Made by a program: the position numbers and the translations under genes. The notes beneath the pieces are model-generated. The model worked only from the letters and a program-made list of their open reading frames with translations. It ran no database searches and had not been told where the DNA came from. A stretch of DNA of 62,864 nucleotides, the filler included, from Choristocarpus tenellus KU-1152 (lineage: Eukaryota; Protista; Phaeophyceae), in assembly GCA_964200185.2 (NCBI GenBank). It is 10 parts of 10 records of this genome, joined end to end, with 100 filler letters (N's around TTAATTAATTAA, not from the genome) between each part and the next. Parts side by side here need not be neighbours in the genome. Positions count along the whole stretch, not along the records: positions 50,921 to 55,562 come from CAXNAD020013665.1; positions 55,663 to 62,864 come from CAXNAD020006547.1; 8 more parts are not named here. One strand, 5' to 3'. Below are positions 51,830 to 62,864 of the stretch, piece by piece. Each line of letters opens with the position of its first letter. Positions within the stretch are counted from its first letter, which is position 1.

Positions 51830-54800
51830 ATGTCTGTCTCCTCTAACGCTGTTCGGGGTGTGGCGGCAAGATTGTATGTATCCCTGGCTGGGAGTGGTGT
51901 TCTTGTCAGCAAGTAAGATAAGTAGTTTAGGTTCACCAACTTAGGTTCTTATATGGCGTAGAGTCGGTGGAACGTGTGAGCATGTGGGCTCTGGTCTGGG
52001 GTACTGGTTCTCGGTGTGTTCCTGTCGTGTAGTAGTAGTTTCCCTATACGAGGCATACATTAGAGAACTGACCTCGCTCTTTTTTTTACACTGTACACAC
52101 AATGAGGTCATACTTTCTCACGCACTCGGTTTCTCTCAATGTTCCGATATTGTCGTCAGGCAATGGGGCCGCTCGTCGTGTGTTGGACCTTTGAAACGCG
52201 CCGAAGGACGAGGGTATCATTCCAGTCGCAAATCTTTGGTGATGGACTTCAGGCGAGTAACGCGCATGGATACTCGAAATTGCTGTCTATATCTGCTTGT
52301 ACAATTGATTCTATCAACCTTGAAACAGAGACAGGAACGTTCCTTAGCAGCGACATCGTTCTCAAAAATATATCGTAAAATGTTCCATGCGAACAAACCC
52401 TTATGGCGCACTATCTGCTTGATAGGCATGAACCAATGGCCCCCGTCCCGGGTCACACCGCCAAGGTTTGCACGGCAGTTGCAGCGGTCGAGGTAATCGA
52501 GAGTGGCCAGAACGTATATGTGCAGGGAATGGCCGCAACACCAACTCTGTTGACGACAGCAATGGCAGAGCACGGGAAAAAGGTGCGTGATAACCCCTTC
52601 TGCATGTGTTCCACGCATCGTCATCGCATCGAGGTCTAGAGGTTGATGTAGAATCGGGGTATCTGGTTGAAGGGTGGGTCTAGCCCAACGTTTGATTGCT
52701 ACACACTCTTAAAAGGTGAAGGAGGTAACAAACAAGTTACATAGGAATGTACCTATACCAACACTACTACCGGAATATAAGGTATCTTCAATCTTCTACT
52801 CCAAATTCCACCCTTCTTAGATGTGATGTAGGCGTTACCAAGGAGCTGTTGAAGTATTCCACACTGGACCCACGGTTAAGATGACCAATCGAATGTCTTG
52901 GCAGAGGAAAATGTGTGGCTTGATTTCGAATATATAATATTATTGTTGAACCAAGCCAACCAAGAGGTAGGAAGGGTTGCATTTTAAGGATCCCGAGAAA
53001 GGGAAAAAAAATGCATTTTGTACAATTGCACAAGGAGTCTTTGCTTAAATGTGGTGTCACCTTGAGTTTGGAAAGGGGGAAGATCAATTTTGCGTACACT
53101 ATTGCGCACATTAAAACAATCAAGTAGTGTATTGCACAGGGTAAGAAAGTTGCTTTGAATGTAAAAGGGCCCAGACCTGCCTACCTCTCAATTGGTTTGG
53201 CTCTGTTACAAGATGCTTGTGGTCTCACTTCCATTCACTGAACGCATGGGGGTTGGGTGCACCCGTTTCTATTATGCAGTAGTATGAGGTTTGCAATCGT
53301 CTGGACTAACTTACTATGAATTGCTTGCTTGCTCTGTCTTCAGTACGACAAGCATTTATAGAACAGAAAACAAATCGCTGGGCACCAATCAGTACACAAA
53401 CAGAATGTCCTGACCACGTAATATTACACTTGTACATCCATTACTGCCTCTCCATCCTATTTTCTGCTCCCTCAGTGGTGTCTATAGTGACCAGCACCAC
53501 TATCCATAAATAAGAATAGTATGGGTACTTCAAAGTGAAATCGAGGGGTAAGCTCCCTATGCATAGAGCTCTGAAGGAACAATAAAAAGTCTGTACTAAT
53601 TACACTGTAATATATCAATGTATTCGTATCTCGGCTAACTACAAGGTCGAACATACTGGTATTGACTGTCCATCTCTCTTTCCGACAGGTACATATATCC
53701 CAGATTCTGTCTGACCCTCCTATCTTATTGTGCGTCTTTTTTTTCAGAATGGACTCACGGGCGTTTCTGTGTTCCACATTTTCACGTTAGGGAATTGCCC
53801 TTATGTCCAAGAGGACTGTGAGGTAAGATATACTTGAGATCATGGCATGTTTGTATTGATTGGTGTACCATGATGGTTGGCATCGAGTTATCGAAACATA
53901 CATGCTGAAGAGATGAGGACTCGGAGCATGATCTTTGTCCTTCCTTGTCGAGTGCATGATTTATCCAAACTCTGTTCACCACCATCTACCGGCAGCTCGT
54001 CCTCACTGAGTTTTCATAGTAGTACTACGTATAGCTTTAGGCTCAATACTTTTTGGTATTGTTATGATTTTGTTTACAATTGACTCTTGTTGAGTGACTG
54101 TAAGAAGTCCACACCTTGGACAGCACAATTTGATATTATTAGATATGAGCAATGCGGAAATCTTTATCTGCGCAAACAGTCTATTACTATTTTTCGTATC
54201 ACCATGTTTATTTGTGTTTACATGTCACAAAATATTGCTTCGATGTACTGTACATACTACAGTAGTATCATGTTTTGAACTGGAGTGTTACAGGCAAAAT
54301 ACATAAATGTTACGTATGCTCTCGTTTCCAGTCCTATGGCATAATGTGTTATTATATTGTCCAATGTGAGTAACGTTTCCCATGTCTGACAAGTTGTCGA
54401 GTCAGTCGTTAGAGTCAAAGCATTTAAGAGGGTAGGGCTACATCTGTTCGGGGTCATAAATCCAATGTTGCGAATTGGATTAATTTCGTGTTTGTTAGCA
54501 AGTGTCAACATCCTTGTTCCGGACACAACTTCCATAGTTGTATTCTCCAGGAGTCCATTATTATCTACTTTCGAGTATATAGTACACCAAGAATCACCTC
54601 TTCTTTTCCCCACTTAGTGTTGACCTCCTTCTTGTGTCTTTGAAAGGGCATCTTTAGAGCGAAATCGATGTTCATTGAAGCCAATGTTCGCAAGGCTACG
54701 AATGAAGGACGGGCTGATTACCTGCCCATCTTCCTCAGTGAGACGCCTTTGCTGTTTAGGAAGGGCATCATTCCGCTGGATGTGGCCATGGTGCAGGTGA

Positions 54801-55371
54801 GGTAGATTTTCACACAAGTAGAAGATAGTTAATGATGTAGGTGGGTGAGTAAGCTGGGAGGAGAAAGGAAAGGTGTGAGAGGAGTTACGATACAAGTGAG
54901 CTGAAGGAGATGTTAAGGGGGGATGGGGAGGGCAGGGAGAGGAAAACAAAGCCACTTGTTGGTACCCTGTGGGCAAGGGCACAACAACTACTCCTGTGGT
55001 ACAAGTAGCAAGAGGTAAACAAGTTCTGACAGAATACACTTTCAACCTTAATATCATAATAATAGTGAGAATATCGTTGCTAGGCCCCATACAGAAGATG
55101 CATGAGAATAGGGAGAGGACCTCCAAGTCTCAATAATTGTTTCTTGTTGGTGATACAGTCAACCCCCTTGGTCAGAACTCCAATTTTATTTTCCGGTAGC
55201 ACAAGTAAATGAACACATACTCTTTCATATTCTTGCTCGTTTTGTCTGCCATATGTACGAGGATCAGGTCTCTAAGCCTGATCGTCATGGATATTGTTCT
55301 CTTGGGACCTCGGTAGACTGCACAAGAGCGGCACTTCAGTGTGCCAAGGTAGTGATCGGTCAGATCAACAA
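51830..55371 (+). CDS. Acetyl-CoA hydrolase / 4-hydroxybutyrate CoA-transferase family protein, 5' part, probably mitochondrion-targeted
   Basis: Exons 51830-51912, 52160-52252, 52426-52582, 53748-53822, 54647-54796, 55268-55371: …AVEVIESGQNVYVQGMAATPTLL…FIEANVRKATNEGRADYLPIFLSETPLLFR…LDVAMVQVSKPDRHGYCSLGTSVDCTRAA…VIGQIN. The first two exons are Ser/Arg/Ala-rich and less certain. Confidence 0.9.
52948..53203 (-). mobile_element. MITE family D (256 bp, intronic)
   Basis: GAACCAAGCCAACCAAGAGGTAGG…CCTACCTCTCAATTGGTTTGGCTC; perfect 4-bp TSD TGTT. Confidence 0.85.
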
Positions 55372-55473
55372 GTAAGTTGCTGAGGTCCACCTTCACACCA
55401 CCACCCTTGGGCGTGATCTCCTTACTACTGCCTCTCTTCTCTTTATTGCTTGTTGATCTGTTTTATGTTGTTT

Positions 55474-55562
55474 GACCCAAAGTATCTGGGAGGGGGGGGG
55501 GGGGTCTAGACCAGGGTGTCCATTTGGACCAAGACCAGGAAAGGGGCATTTACAGTATCCAT
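55474..55562 (+). mobile_element. MITE family A truncated by contig end
   Basis: GACCCAAAGTATCTGGGAGGG…GTCTAGACCAGGGTGTCCATTTGG. Confidence 0.85.
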
Positions 55563-55957
55563 NNNNNNNNNNNNNNNNNNNNNNNNNNNNNNNNNNNNNN
55601 NNNNNNTTAATTAATTAANNNNNNNNNNNNNNNNNNNNNNNNNNNNNNNNNNNNNNNNNNNNGGTCGAGGGGGTCGAGGGGGGGGTAGACGGTAGTCTAC
55701 TATAGTTCGATTTTGAAACATTTTGTCACCAACATTCAAAGTGTCCTTTTTTTTTTGTAGGTAGTGCAAATGTAGAAGTGGTGAAGGGCGGTGTGTTTAT
55801 TTGTGGACAGGTTTGTTGGTGTGATTAAAGGTATACCTATATTCTTGAGAAAGAGGCCGTGTTGATTCAGATTATGGAATTGTAAGTTCTTCCTCCACCA
55901 GGCCATCAGGAGCTGAAGAATCCTTTCAAGATCTCTTGAATTCTAGAAGTAGCAGGG

Positions 55958-56217
55958 GACTAAAAGTATCTTAGAGGGTACGAGTTTTACCCTGTTTATC
56001 CTTTTGGGGTTTGGCTTCCCACAGGGTTTTTTTGTCACATTTTCCAACTCGGAAATATTTCGGAGTAGGTAAAATGTGTACCTTGTGAAAAGGTGTGTCC
56101 GGAACAAGGATATTGACACTCCCTAACAAACACGATAGTCAAAATTACATCAAAATCGGAAAATTGGATTTTGGCCCCCAAATAGATGCGTCTCCACCCT
56201 CAAAGATACTTTGACTC
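55958..56217 (+). mobile_element. MITE family B
   Basis: GACTAAAAGTATCTTAGAGGGTA…AAGATACTTTGACTC; 4-bp TSD AGGG. Confidence 0.9.
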
Positions 56218-56903
56218 AGGGATTTTTCTGTCTAAAAAACAGTGTCAAGAGTCTCTGCTTTGCCAAGTTCGTTTGCCATCACCCATGGCTCAGACGAGAA
56301 CAAGTACTGACAAAAAAGGACATGGTCTTCTTTGATGGTCAACACCCGTGACTGTGGAACCCCTCAGCCTAAAGCGCCATTCATTATGTGTAGGGTGTGA
56401 GCGGTACCTCACGCAACCAGCAATCTTGGTCACTATGACAAAACAATCACCAAACCCGAGCACAAAACCGTGTGAGGAGTTTCAAGGTATGCACTGTGTG
56501 GTTCGACAACCCCTCATCCCACAAACATGTTTCATTTTGAAGATACTATATACTTGGAAGTGCTATTCCTTGACACAAGGCAGTACTAGCGGTGCAGTGT
56601 CTTCTATGGTAAGTCTCATGATGCTATTGTTACCGTCAAGAACTCTTATACGCCCAGAAACGATACACTACACACGGTTGGTTGACTCAAGCCTGAGGTT
56701 GGTAGTGGTTAACTACATCAATCAATAGCACCAAATGTTGAGCACATACACCATACAAACATACGGGCATTATTGCCTCCAATTTGTTGCCCCTCGTACG
56801 TGCTTATAGTAGGAATTGCTGCAAGTTTATAGATTCCTAGGGTGGATGGAGTTCTTTGTTGTTTCCAATCACAACAACCTCGTTGGTGTATCATGGAGCT
56901 GAT

Positions 56904-57072
56904 GGCTCAAAGTATCTGGGGGGAGTGGCAGCTTTCTCTTTGGGGCCCATTTTTTCTCCATGTCGTGGTTTTTGTGTGATTTTGTTGCATGTGTTGGATG
57001 GAAATTGTAAGTGTACTTCTCCTGGCCAAGTGGACACCCTGGTGTAGACCCCCCCCCCAGATACTTTGAGCT
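56904..57072 (-). mobile_element. MITE family A (169 bp)
   Basis: GGCTCAAAGTATCTGGGGGG…CCCCCCAGATACTTTGAGCT; 4-bp TSD TGAT. Confidence 0.92.
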
Positions 57073-57845
57073 TGATCCCACCGCTACTGCTGTACTGAGT
57101 ATAGTAGGTGAAGGATTCAAAATGCTGGCGTTGTTTCCAAATACACAGCCTAGTCCTCCATAACAGAAGAACTCCCAGTGAGCCAGAGTAAACGAGAGGC
57201 ATCCAGATTTTGGCCGTTTTGCATTTCAAGCCAGTTTTTCAATCTTTTTTATTTAACCCATGTTTGAATGGATGAAGTTCTAAGTTTTGCTTGAGGGTGT
57301 TTATTTCTTTATTGTTATTTTTTTTTCACACAACTCAGACACTATCCTGTACACATTTTCGTAAGATGTCGAATATTGCACATATTTGTCAGCTGCTTCG
57401 CTCCCATCGTGAGTAAGTTTCTACTAGGAACCTGTTGCTTCGGATTTCGCAGACAGAAACGCACTGGACACGCACTGCCATACATAGCTACTCACGTGAA
57501 GAATGGGTGTGAGAGTGTAAAGGCGACTGTGCCAAAACGGAGGCTCCTATTTTCACAAGTCAGTTCCACGTATATAGATAGGGAGAATGAGTTTTGTACT
57601 TAATCTAGATCCTTTCTCCTCTCTTTTTCTTTTTCTCTTTTTTATTTTTCTCTTTTTTATTTTTATTTTTGTCCTTTGCACTGTTTTTCTTTCAGAACGT
57701 TTGTGTACTTCTCAAGTAGTATTTACTGCCTTCTTTTCACTTTTTTTTTTTCTACCTTTCCACCGTATATATGATATTTTTTGTGATCTGACAGGTCTCT
57801 GTCAAGGCGACAAATATTAAGGTTACGATATTAGTTTAGTATCAA

Positions 57846-57944
57846 GCCGGGGTAGCTCAGTCGGTAGAGCGTACGACTCTTAATCGTATGGTGATCTTCT
57901 TTTAGGCTTCAATGAAGTGGCAGGTTCGAAACCCATTTTTACCA
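57846..57944 (+). tRNA. tRNA-Lys(CTT)-derived sequence, probably a pseudogene or tRNA-derived Pol III unit
   Basis: GCCGGGGTAGCTCAGTCGGTAGAGCG-TACGA-CTCTTAA-TCGTA gives a perfect D arm and anticodon arm; about 25 extra nt follow, then GGTTCGAAACCC (B box). The 3' strand TTTTACC cannot pair with GCCGGGG. A T6 run follows. Confidence 0.7.
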
Positions 57945-58004
57945 GACTTTTTTCATTGAATTTCTATTGTGCAAAGTTCACATACATGTGGCCAAGTTCT
58001 TAGT

Positions 58005-58272
58005 GAGCCGCATTAATTGAGAGGTAGGCAGGCTTGCAATATATTTCATTCCATGCAATTTTTTTACCCGGTTCAATACACTCTATTTCATTGTTTTATA
58101 TGCACATTGATTGGTGTACGCAATATTGATATTGCCCCTTTCTACAGAGGAGTAACACCACAACTCAGCGAAGAAGACTCTCCCTACAGTTAGTTGTACA
58201 AAATGGATCATTTTTTCCCTTTCTCAGGATCCTTCAAATTCAACGTTGCCTACCTCTCAATTGGTTTGGCTC
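58005..58272 (+). mobile_element. MITE family D
   Basis: GAGCCGCATTAATTGAGAGGTAGGC…GCCTACCTCTCAATTGGTTTGGCTC. Confidence 0.85.
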
Positions 58273-58825
58273 ATCACAGAATGGTAACCTTCATGCCGCT
58301 GTTTTCCAGTCAACAGGAAGAAGAGCATGTTTAGATTGCTTTCTCCGCATTTAGCTGTTTGGTTCATCCTTTCCTACGTTCCTCTGGCTATATGTATAGT
58401 TATGAAAATGGGTTTCTAAAAGTGATAACATCTTTCTGTTGGTTGACAGACATGGACGCTTCTCTTCCAGTACCTCACCGTTCTTCTTGGCTAGGACTCA
58501 TTCCCCTTAGTGATCCACCAGCAATCATTGCACTCCAGTGCATGAAGTCCCCACGAAGAGAAGACCCACCCACCTACCCCCTCCAGACTTCCAGGTGTTT
58601 AAATGGGTACCTCTGATTCTTCCGATTTCCAACGTGTAGAAGATTGACCTTGAGAGTTACTTGAGTCAATGGTGTGGTAACCTTGCGATTATTATAAAGA
58701 GTTAATCTCGCTCCTTTTGGGTTATAATATACTACGTGTGTATGTTTGCTCTAAGGCAGACCAACGAGTAACCAAGGATCGCAAATGGAGCACTTCTTGC
58801 TACGGCAGTACTACCCTTGGCTGTT

Positions 58826-59095
58826 GAGTCAGAGTATGTTAGAGAGTAGAGCCGCGTCCATTTGGGGTCAAAATCAATGTTGCGATATTGATGAAATTTT
58901 GGCTATCGTGTTTGATAGGAAATGTCTATATCCTTGTTCTGGATATATACAGATGATACCTACTCCAAATCGTAAGCATTTTACCTAATCTGAAGCATTT
59001 CGGAATAGGAAAACGTCATTAAAAAAAAACGTGAGAAGCAAAGTTCCAAACGGACAAAAAGGGCAAAACTCGTACCCTCTAAGATATTTTCACTC
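58826..59095 (-). mobile_element. MITE family B
   Basis: GAGTCAGAGTATGTTAGAGAGTAG…TACCCTCTAAGATATTTTCACTC. Confidence 0.85.
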
Positions 59096-59307
59096 ATTAC
59101 CATAAACAGATGATAAAAGAAGAGGTCAACAATCAATATTTTTAAAAAATCGTTACTATTAATATCTCTACCAAGGTGCTCCTTGTGTGTTGGCTGCTAC
59201 TCATACTTTCCGCCAACATCAACAGGGAAGTGTCATGAACCCTAAAAATCACAAAGCCTATCCATACCTTGGAGGTACAGGACACCTTCCTACATTGCTC
59301 TTGGTTC

Positions 59308-59486
59308 GAACCAAAGTATCTGGGGAGGGGGGTGGGATCTACACCAGAGTGTCCATTTGGTCCAAAACTAGGAAAAGTGCACTTTCATTATCCATCCAAC
59401 GTACGGAACCAAATCACCCAAAAATCACGACATGAAGAAATCGGCTCCAAATGGACAGCCGCCACCCCCCCTAGATACTTTGAGTC
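59308..59486 (+). mobile_element. MITE family A
   Basis: GAACCAAAGTATCTGGGG…CCCCTAGATACTTTGAGTC; TTC on both flanks. Confidence 0.88.
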
Positions 59487-60733
59487 TTCCTTATTTTTGT
59501 GATAGAAGAGAGAGAGAAAAGTACAGATGCACAATCCCATAGTGCTTACCATTTGGACATAAAACACCAAAACCATATTTCCAAGAGAGGACTGGCATCG
59601 ACAGGCTTCAAACTGCAAGAACATACATGCAGGTATAGTGCCATCAACCACTGAGCCATGAGGACGCTCAACATAATAATCGGAAACCAAATCACCCAGG
59701 AATAATATATTTCATGGGTTCTTCTTCTAAAGGATGTAAGAACTTCTTTCCAAATAGTAGTGTGCATACGCAGTAAAGGTTGTACTAAACCAGTCGCCAA
59801 TGTAGCAAGGGCTAAAGGGTTACATCTTGCAAGCAGCAAAGAAGAAGAATAAGGTTGGTAAGATATTTTGATATTGATAGATACACACATCTAAGAGAAA
59901 ATTAGACTCCATTTAATACAAAGAAAGCTAGAGATATAAACAAAAACATATAATACAAGCAAAAAACACTGGTGTTCAATCAGAAAGAGTTGAAATTAAA
60001 CTCAACTGCTCCTACAGTGTTTGCAACAGGTAACACACATCCTCCACAGAAAAAAATACAAAAATCTCGACAAACAAACCCCATACTCAGTAAATTGGAT
60101 TCATAGCATTATGAAACATGGTACAGACTAGTACGGTGATACACTGTACCAATCCCACACTACATCACACAGTCCAGTCACATTCCATGGTACCCTGTAC
60201 ATAGCAAAACCAGCCTAGATCCAAAGGGAATATAGCAGTCCAACAACACAACTATAAAGCAAGCAAAAGGGTCAAAGGGGGTTGACATTCAATGTATGAA
60301 AAAGCCCAGTCCACTACCATAAAAGTAAGCGTATGGCTTTCCAAGCTCATGAGGACTACAACAAACAACTGCAACATCGGCACACTCTCTGTCAATTCTG
60401 CGCCTATCAAAGATACTTCAAAAATGACCAACAATATTCAGCCCTCCCCATTGGCGGAGTCTATCCCAGTGTAAACGCAATGAGCGTGTCAATACTATCT
60501 CATGCCAAAAAACCTCGACTATTGGCAGCTTGAAACACACAATACTTGAAATACACAAAAAAACATCCAACATACAAGTCACTCTTATCATCTCTACGCC
60601 GTACTCTACGCATCATAAACCCTCACAAGGAAAGGCGTTTCCTCGCCACCTCCCTCATGGAAAAAAAAATAAATGTATCTACAAACTTAGGGTTATCCTC
60701 AAATTGGTAACACAAGCACCTCTCCTCCCCTTC

Positions 60734-62155
60734 CTACGACTCTCTGAAAACCTTCCGCTGAATGAAATCACAGATGGCATTCACTGCAACATCATGCTGC
60801 TCTTCCTCGGTAATAGTCGCCTGCCAAGTGAGACCATACACAGGACAAAGGGGGGGGGGGGGGGAGTAGTGGTAAATAGTATTGCAGCAGATATGATGGG
60901 AGCCGATCACATTTCAGTAATAAAAAGTAATGATTTTCCCTTTCNNNNNNNNNNAAGCCGCACTCCCCCACACACCCGGGCTTTTTTCCGGGGTAAACGG
61001 CCCCCAACAGGAGAAACAAAACCGGGGGGGGGGGGGGGGGGGGGGGGGAGTAGTGGTAAATAGTATTGCAGCAGATATGATGGGAGCCGATCACATTTCA
61101 GTACTACAAAGTAATGACTTTCCCTTTCCAACAATGTCACCACGTACCACACCATACTATCATTACCACCAATCAACCCTAACCCTAAGGTTCTTCACGG
61201 CGGCAATGGGCAACTAACTCTGTATGCCCAATTACTCAGCAACTGTGCTTGCAAACGCCTCAATTTAGTCAAGAACCAATTCACTGGACAGAAGAGGAAG
61301 GACAAACAAAAGACACAAGCAACACCCGGATACAAAGATCATGAGTGCCACCCATAGACATTCAAGGAACAAGCAGTTACAAGCTTGGGAACAATATTCT
61401 ATGACTAGGCAACTCTGAACCAAAACCACGAAGGCGTGCATGGGCTCCTCCCTCATCCCTCCCTCATCCCTCCCTCACCTCCCAATCCAGAGGTTGCCTC
61501 ACGTAAGATGCAAATCCCTTATGATTGCCTCCCTTCACCACTACAACTTCTGGGCACTTGGGAAGCTTGCCCATATTCTTCTCATCCAGGAGGTCCTGCA
61601 TCAATTAGTAGTTCATCAAGGCAACATTACCAGCGGTTGAGAAAGTTCCCATCCAATCAACCACGACAAAGCGACAAATGAGGGGAGACAGCACAAGGAA
61701 CAAGATCACAAGAGAGTGGCCCCCCTGCCCCCTACTCAGCTGTGAACAAAAAATGTCAGATCCTGAAAAGCTGTGAAAACTTCCGTAAAAAGTATTTTCC
61801 AGAAAACGAAATGATTCGTGTACCCCGACAAGACTAGCCCTAACCCTAACCCTAACCCTAACCCTAACCCTAACAGCCAAGCGCTTCGCTGTTCATTTCA
61901 TTGAATCATATCTGATTCAAAGCATTGATCACCACATCAAGAATCTTAAAAAAAAAGAAACAAGTACATACACACAACATATTAACACAATGGGGGTGGG
62001 GAGGGATTCCCCACCTGTGATGGCGTGAAGGTATCTCGTGACCCAATCAGAAGAAGGGCAGGAAGGTCCAACCCCGCAAGTAGTCCAGTTGAAGAAGCAG
62101 GGCCAAGGCTCATGTAGACCACACCCGACACACTTGCTAAGTTTGACTTGGTAAA
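60734..62155 (-). CDS. Alpha/beta-hydrolase (Abhydrolase_5-like), last three exons
   Basis: Exons 62155-62015, 61595-61479, 60820-60734, all phase 0: LDLPALLLIGSRDTFTP (acid motif)…VVVVKGGNHKGFASY (His motif)…ATITEEEQHDVAVNAICDFI…stop. Confidence 0.8.
61838..61873 (-). repeat. Interstitial telomere-like (TTAGGG)6 inside an intron
   Basis: CCCTAA x6 directly visible. Confidence 0.9.
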
Positions 62156-62584
62156 CTGTCGGAGTGGGCAGCGTACGTAACCAGGTATATTCTTTTAATG
62201 AACTACTACATCTTATCACTTCCATAGTGCAAGAAGTGCAAGTGCAAGTGCAAGTGCAAGGGCATTGCGTGTGTGTGTGTGTAACAATAGCTGCAACAAC
62301 AACAAAAAATAATTGAACTCTTTTGTTACTTTTTTCTGTTTTTTTTCTCAAGCGTACAACCAATACGGAGTACGGTGAACCTATTAGCACAAAAAAAATA
62401 AATCACATCGACATAATCTTCACTGTCCCCCCTTGCTCTTCTAAGTACCAAACAAAAAAATGCCACGCTGCACACCGTACAAAACTTTTTGTGTAACTAC
62501 AGGTGCGGTCATAATACACGCCTATGAACCTTGAAAACCCCTTGATCAAAGTTCCCCTTGTGAACAAAAGCAACAGCAGCAATA

Positions 62585-62625
<41 letters not shown>

Positions 62626-62864
62626 TGGCAACCATGTATATAGTAAGTAACTACACGATTCTTTCTAAACCCAATCACAAAAAACAAAAACATCGAAAGG
62701 AGGTGGCGTAGGTATTGATATCTGAAAGCGGCGGCGATGGCTTCAAAAAGGTGTGGACTTCAAGCAACCGAGAGTTGAAAAAAAAAAAAAACAGGGCCCA
62801 AAAAAAAGAGAAAACACACAAAAAAAAAAACAAAAAAAAAAAAAGAAACAAAAAAAAACAACAA

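Noticed and set aside
58570-59615. Two small minus-strand exon candidates (LKPVDASPLLEIWFWCFMSK / WYPFKHLEVWR)
   Set aside because: Phase is compatible but they are too short to support a gene call without transcripts.
60848-61110. Apparent direct duplication around a poly-G tract and small gap
   Set aside because: 60955-61050 is a garbled version of 60780-60860 next to poly-G; likely a sequencing or scaffolding artefact, as at 47150-47340.

Overview
This is eukaryotic nuclear DNA, not a prokaryotic locus. The window is ten contigs joined by artificial N-TTAATTAATTAA-N linkers, so adjacency across the gaps is not biological. Long GT-AG introns with short exons and the protein families present suggest a stramenopile, probably a brown alga or relative (inference). 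Spliced genes I could reconstruct with consistent phase: the N-terminal part of a USP9X/USP24/USP34-type deubiquitinase (12 exons, minus), the 3' part of eIF3b (6 exons, plus), the 5' part of an acetyl-CoA hydrolase/4-hydroxybutyrate CoA-transferase (6 exons, one GC-AG intron), a sulfotransferase-like gene, and the 3' ends of a flavin reductase-like protein and an alpha/beta-hydrolase. Repeats: three MITE families with related ends and 3-4 bp TSDs, two decayed REL-endonuclease non-LTR retrotransposon fragments, a 99-bp tandem repeat copying a splice acceptor, and an altered tRNA-Lys(CTT). The most striking signal is three short, AT-rich, slightly decayed Rickettsiales-like gene fragments inside host contigs: gyrB at 606-782, and gltA joined to a lytic transglycosylase at about 18678-19108. 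They look like NUMT-style insertions from an intracellular alphaproteobacterial symbiont. All protein identities come from recalled motifs, not database searches.
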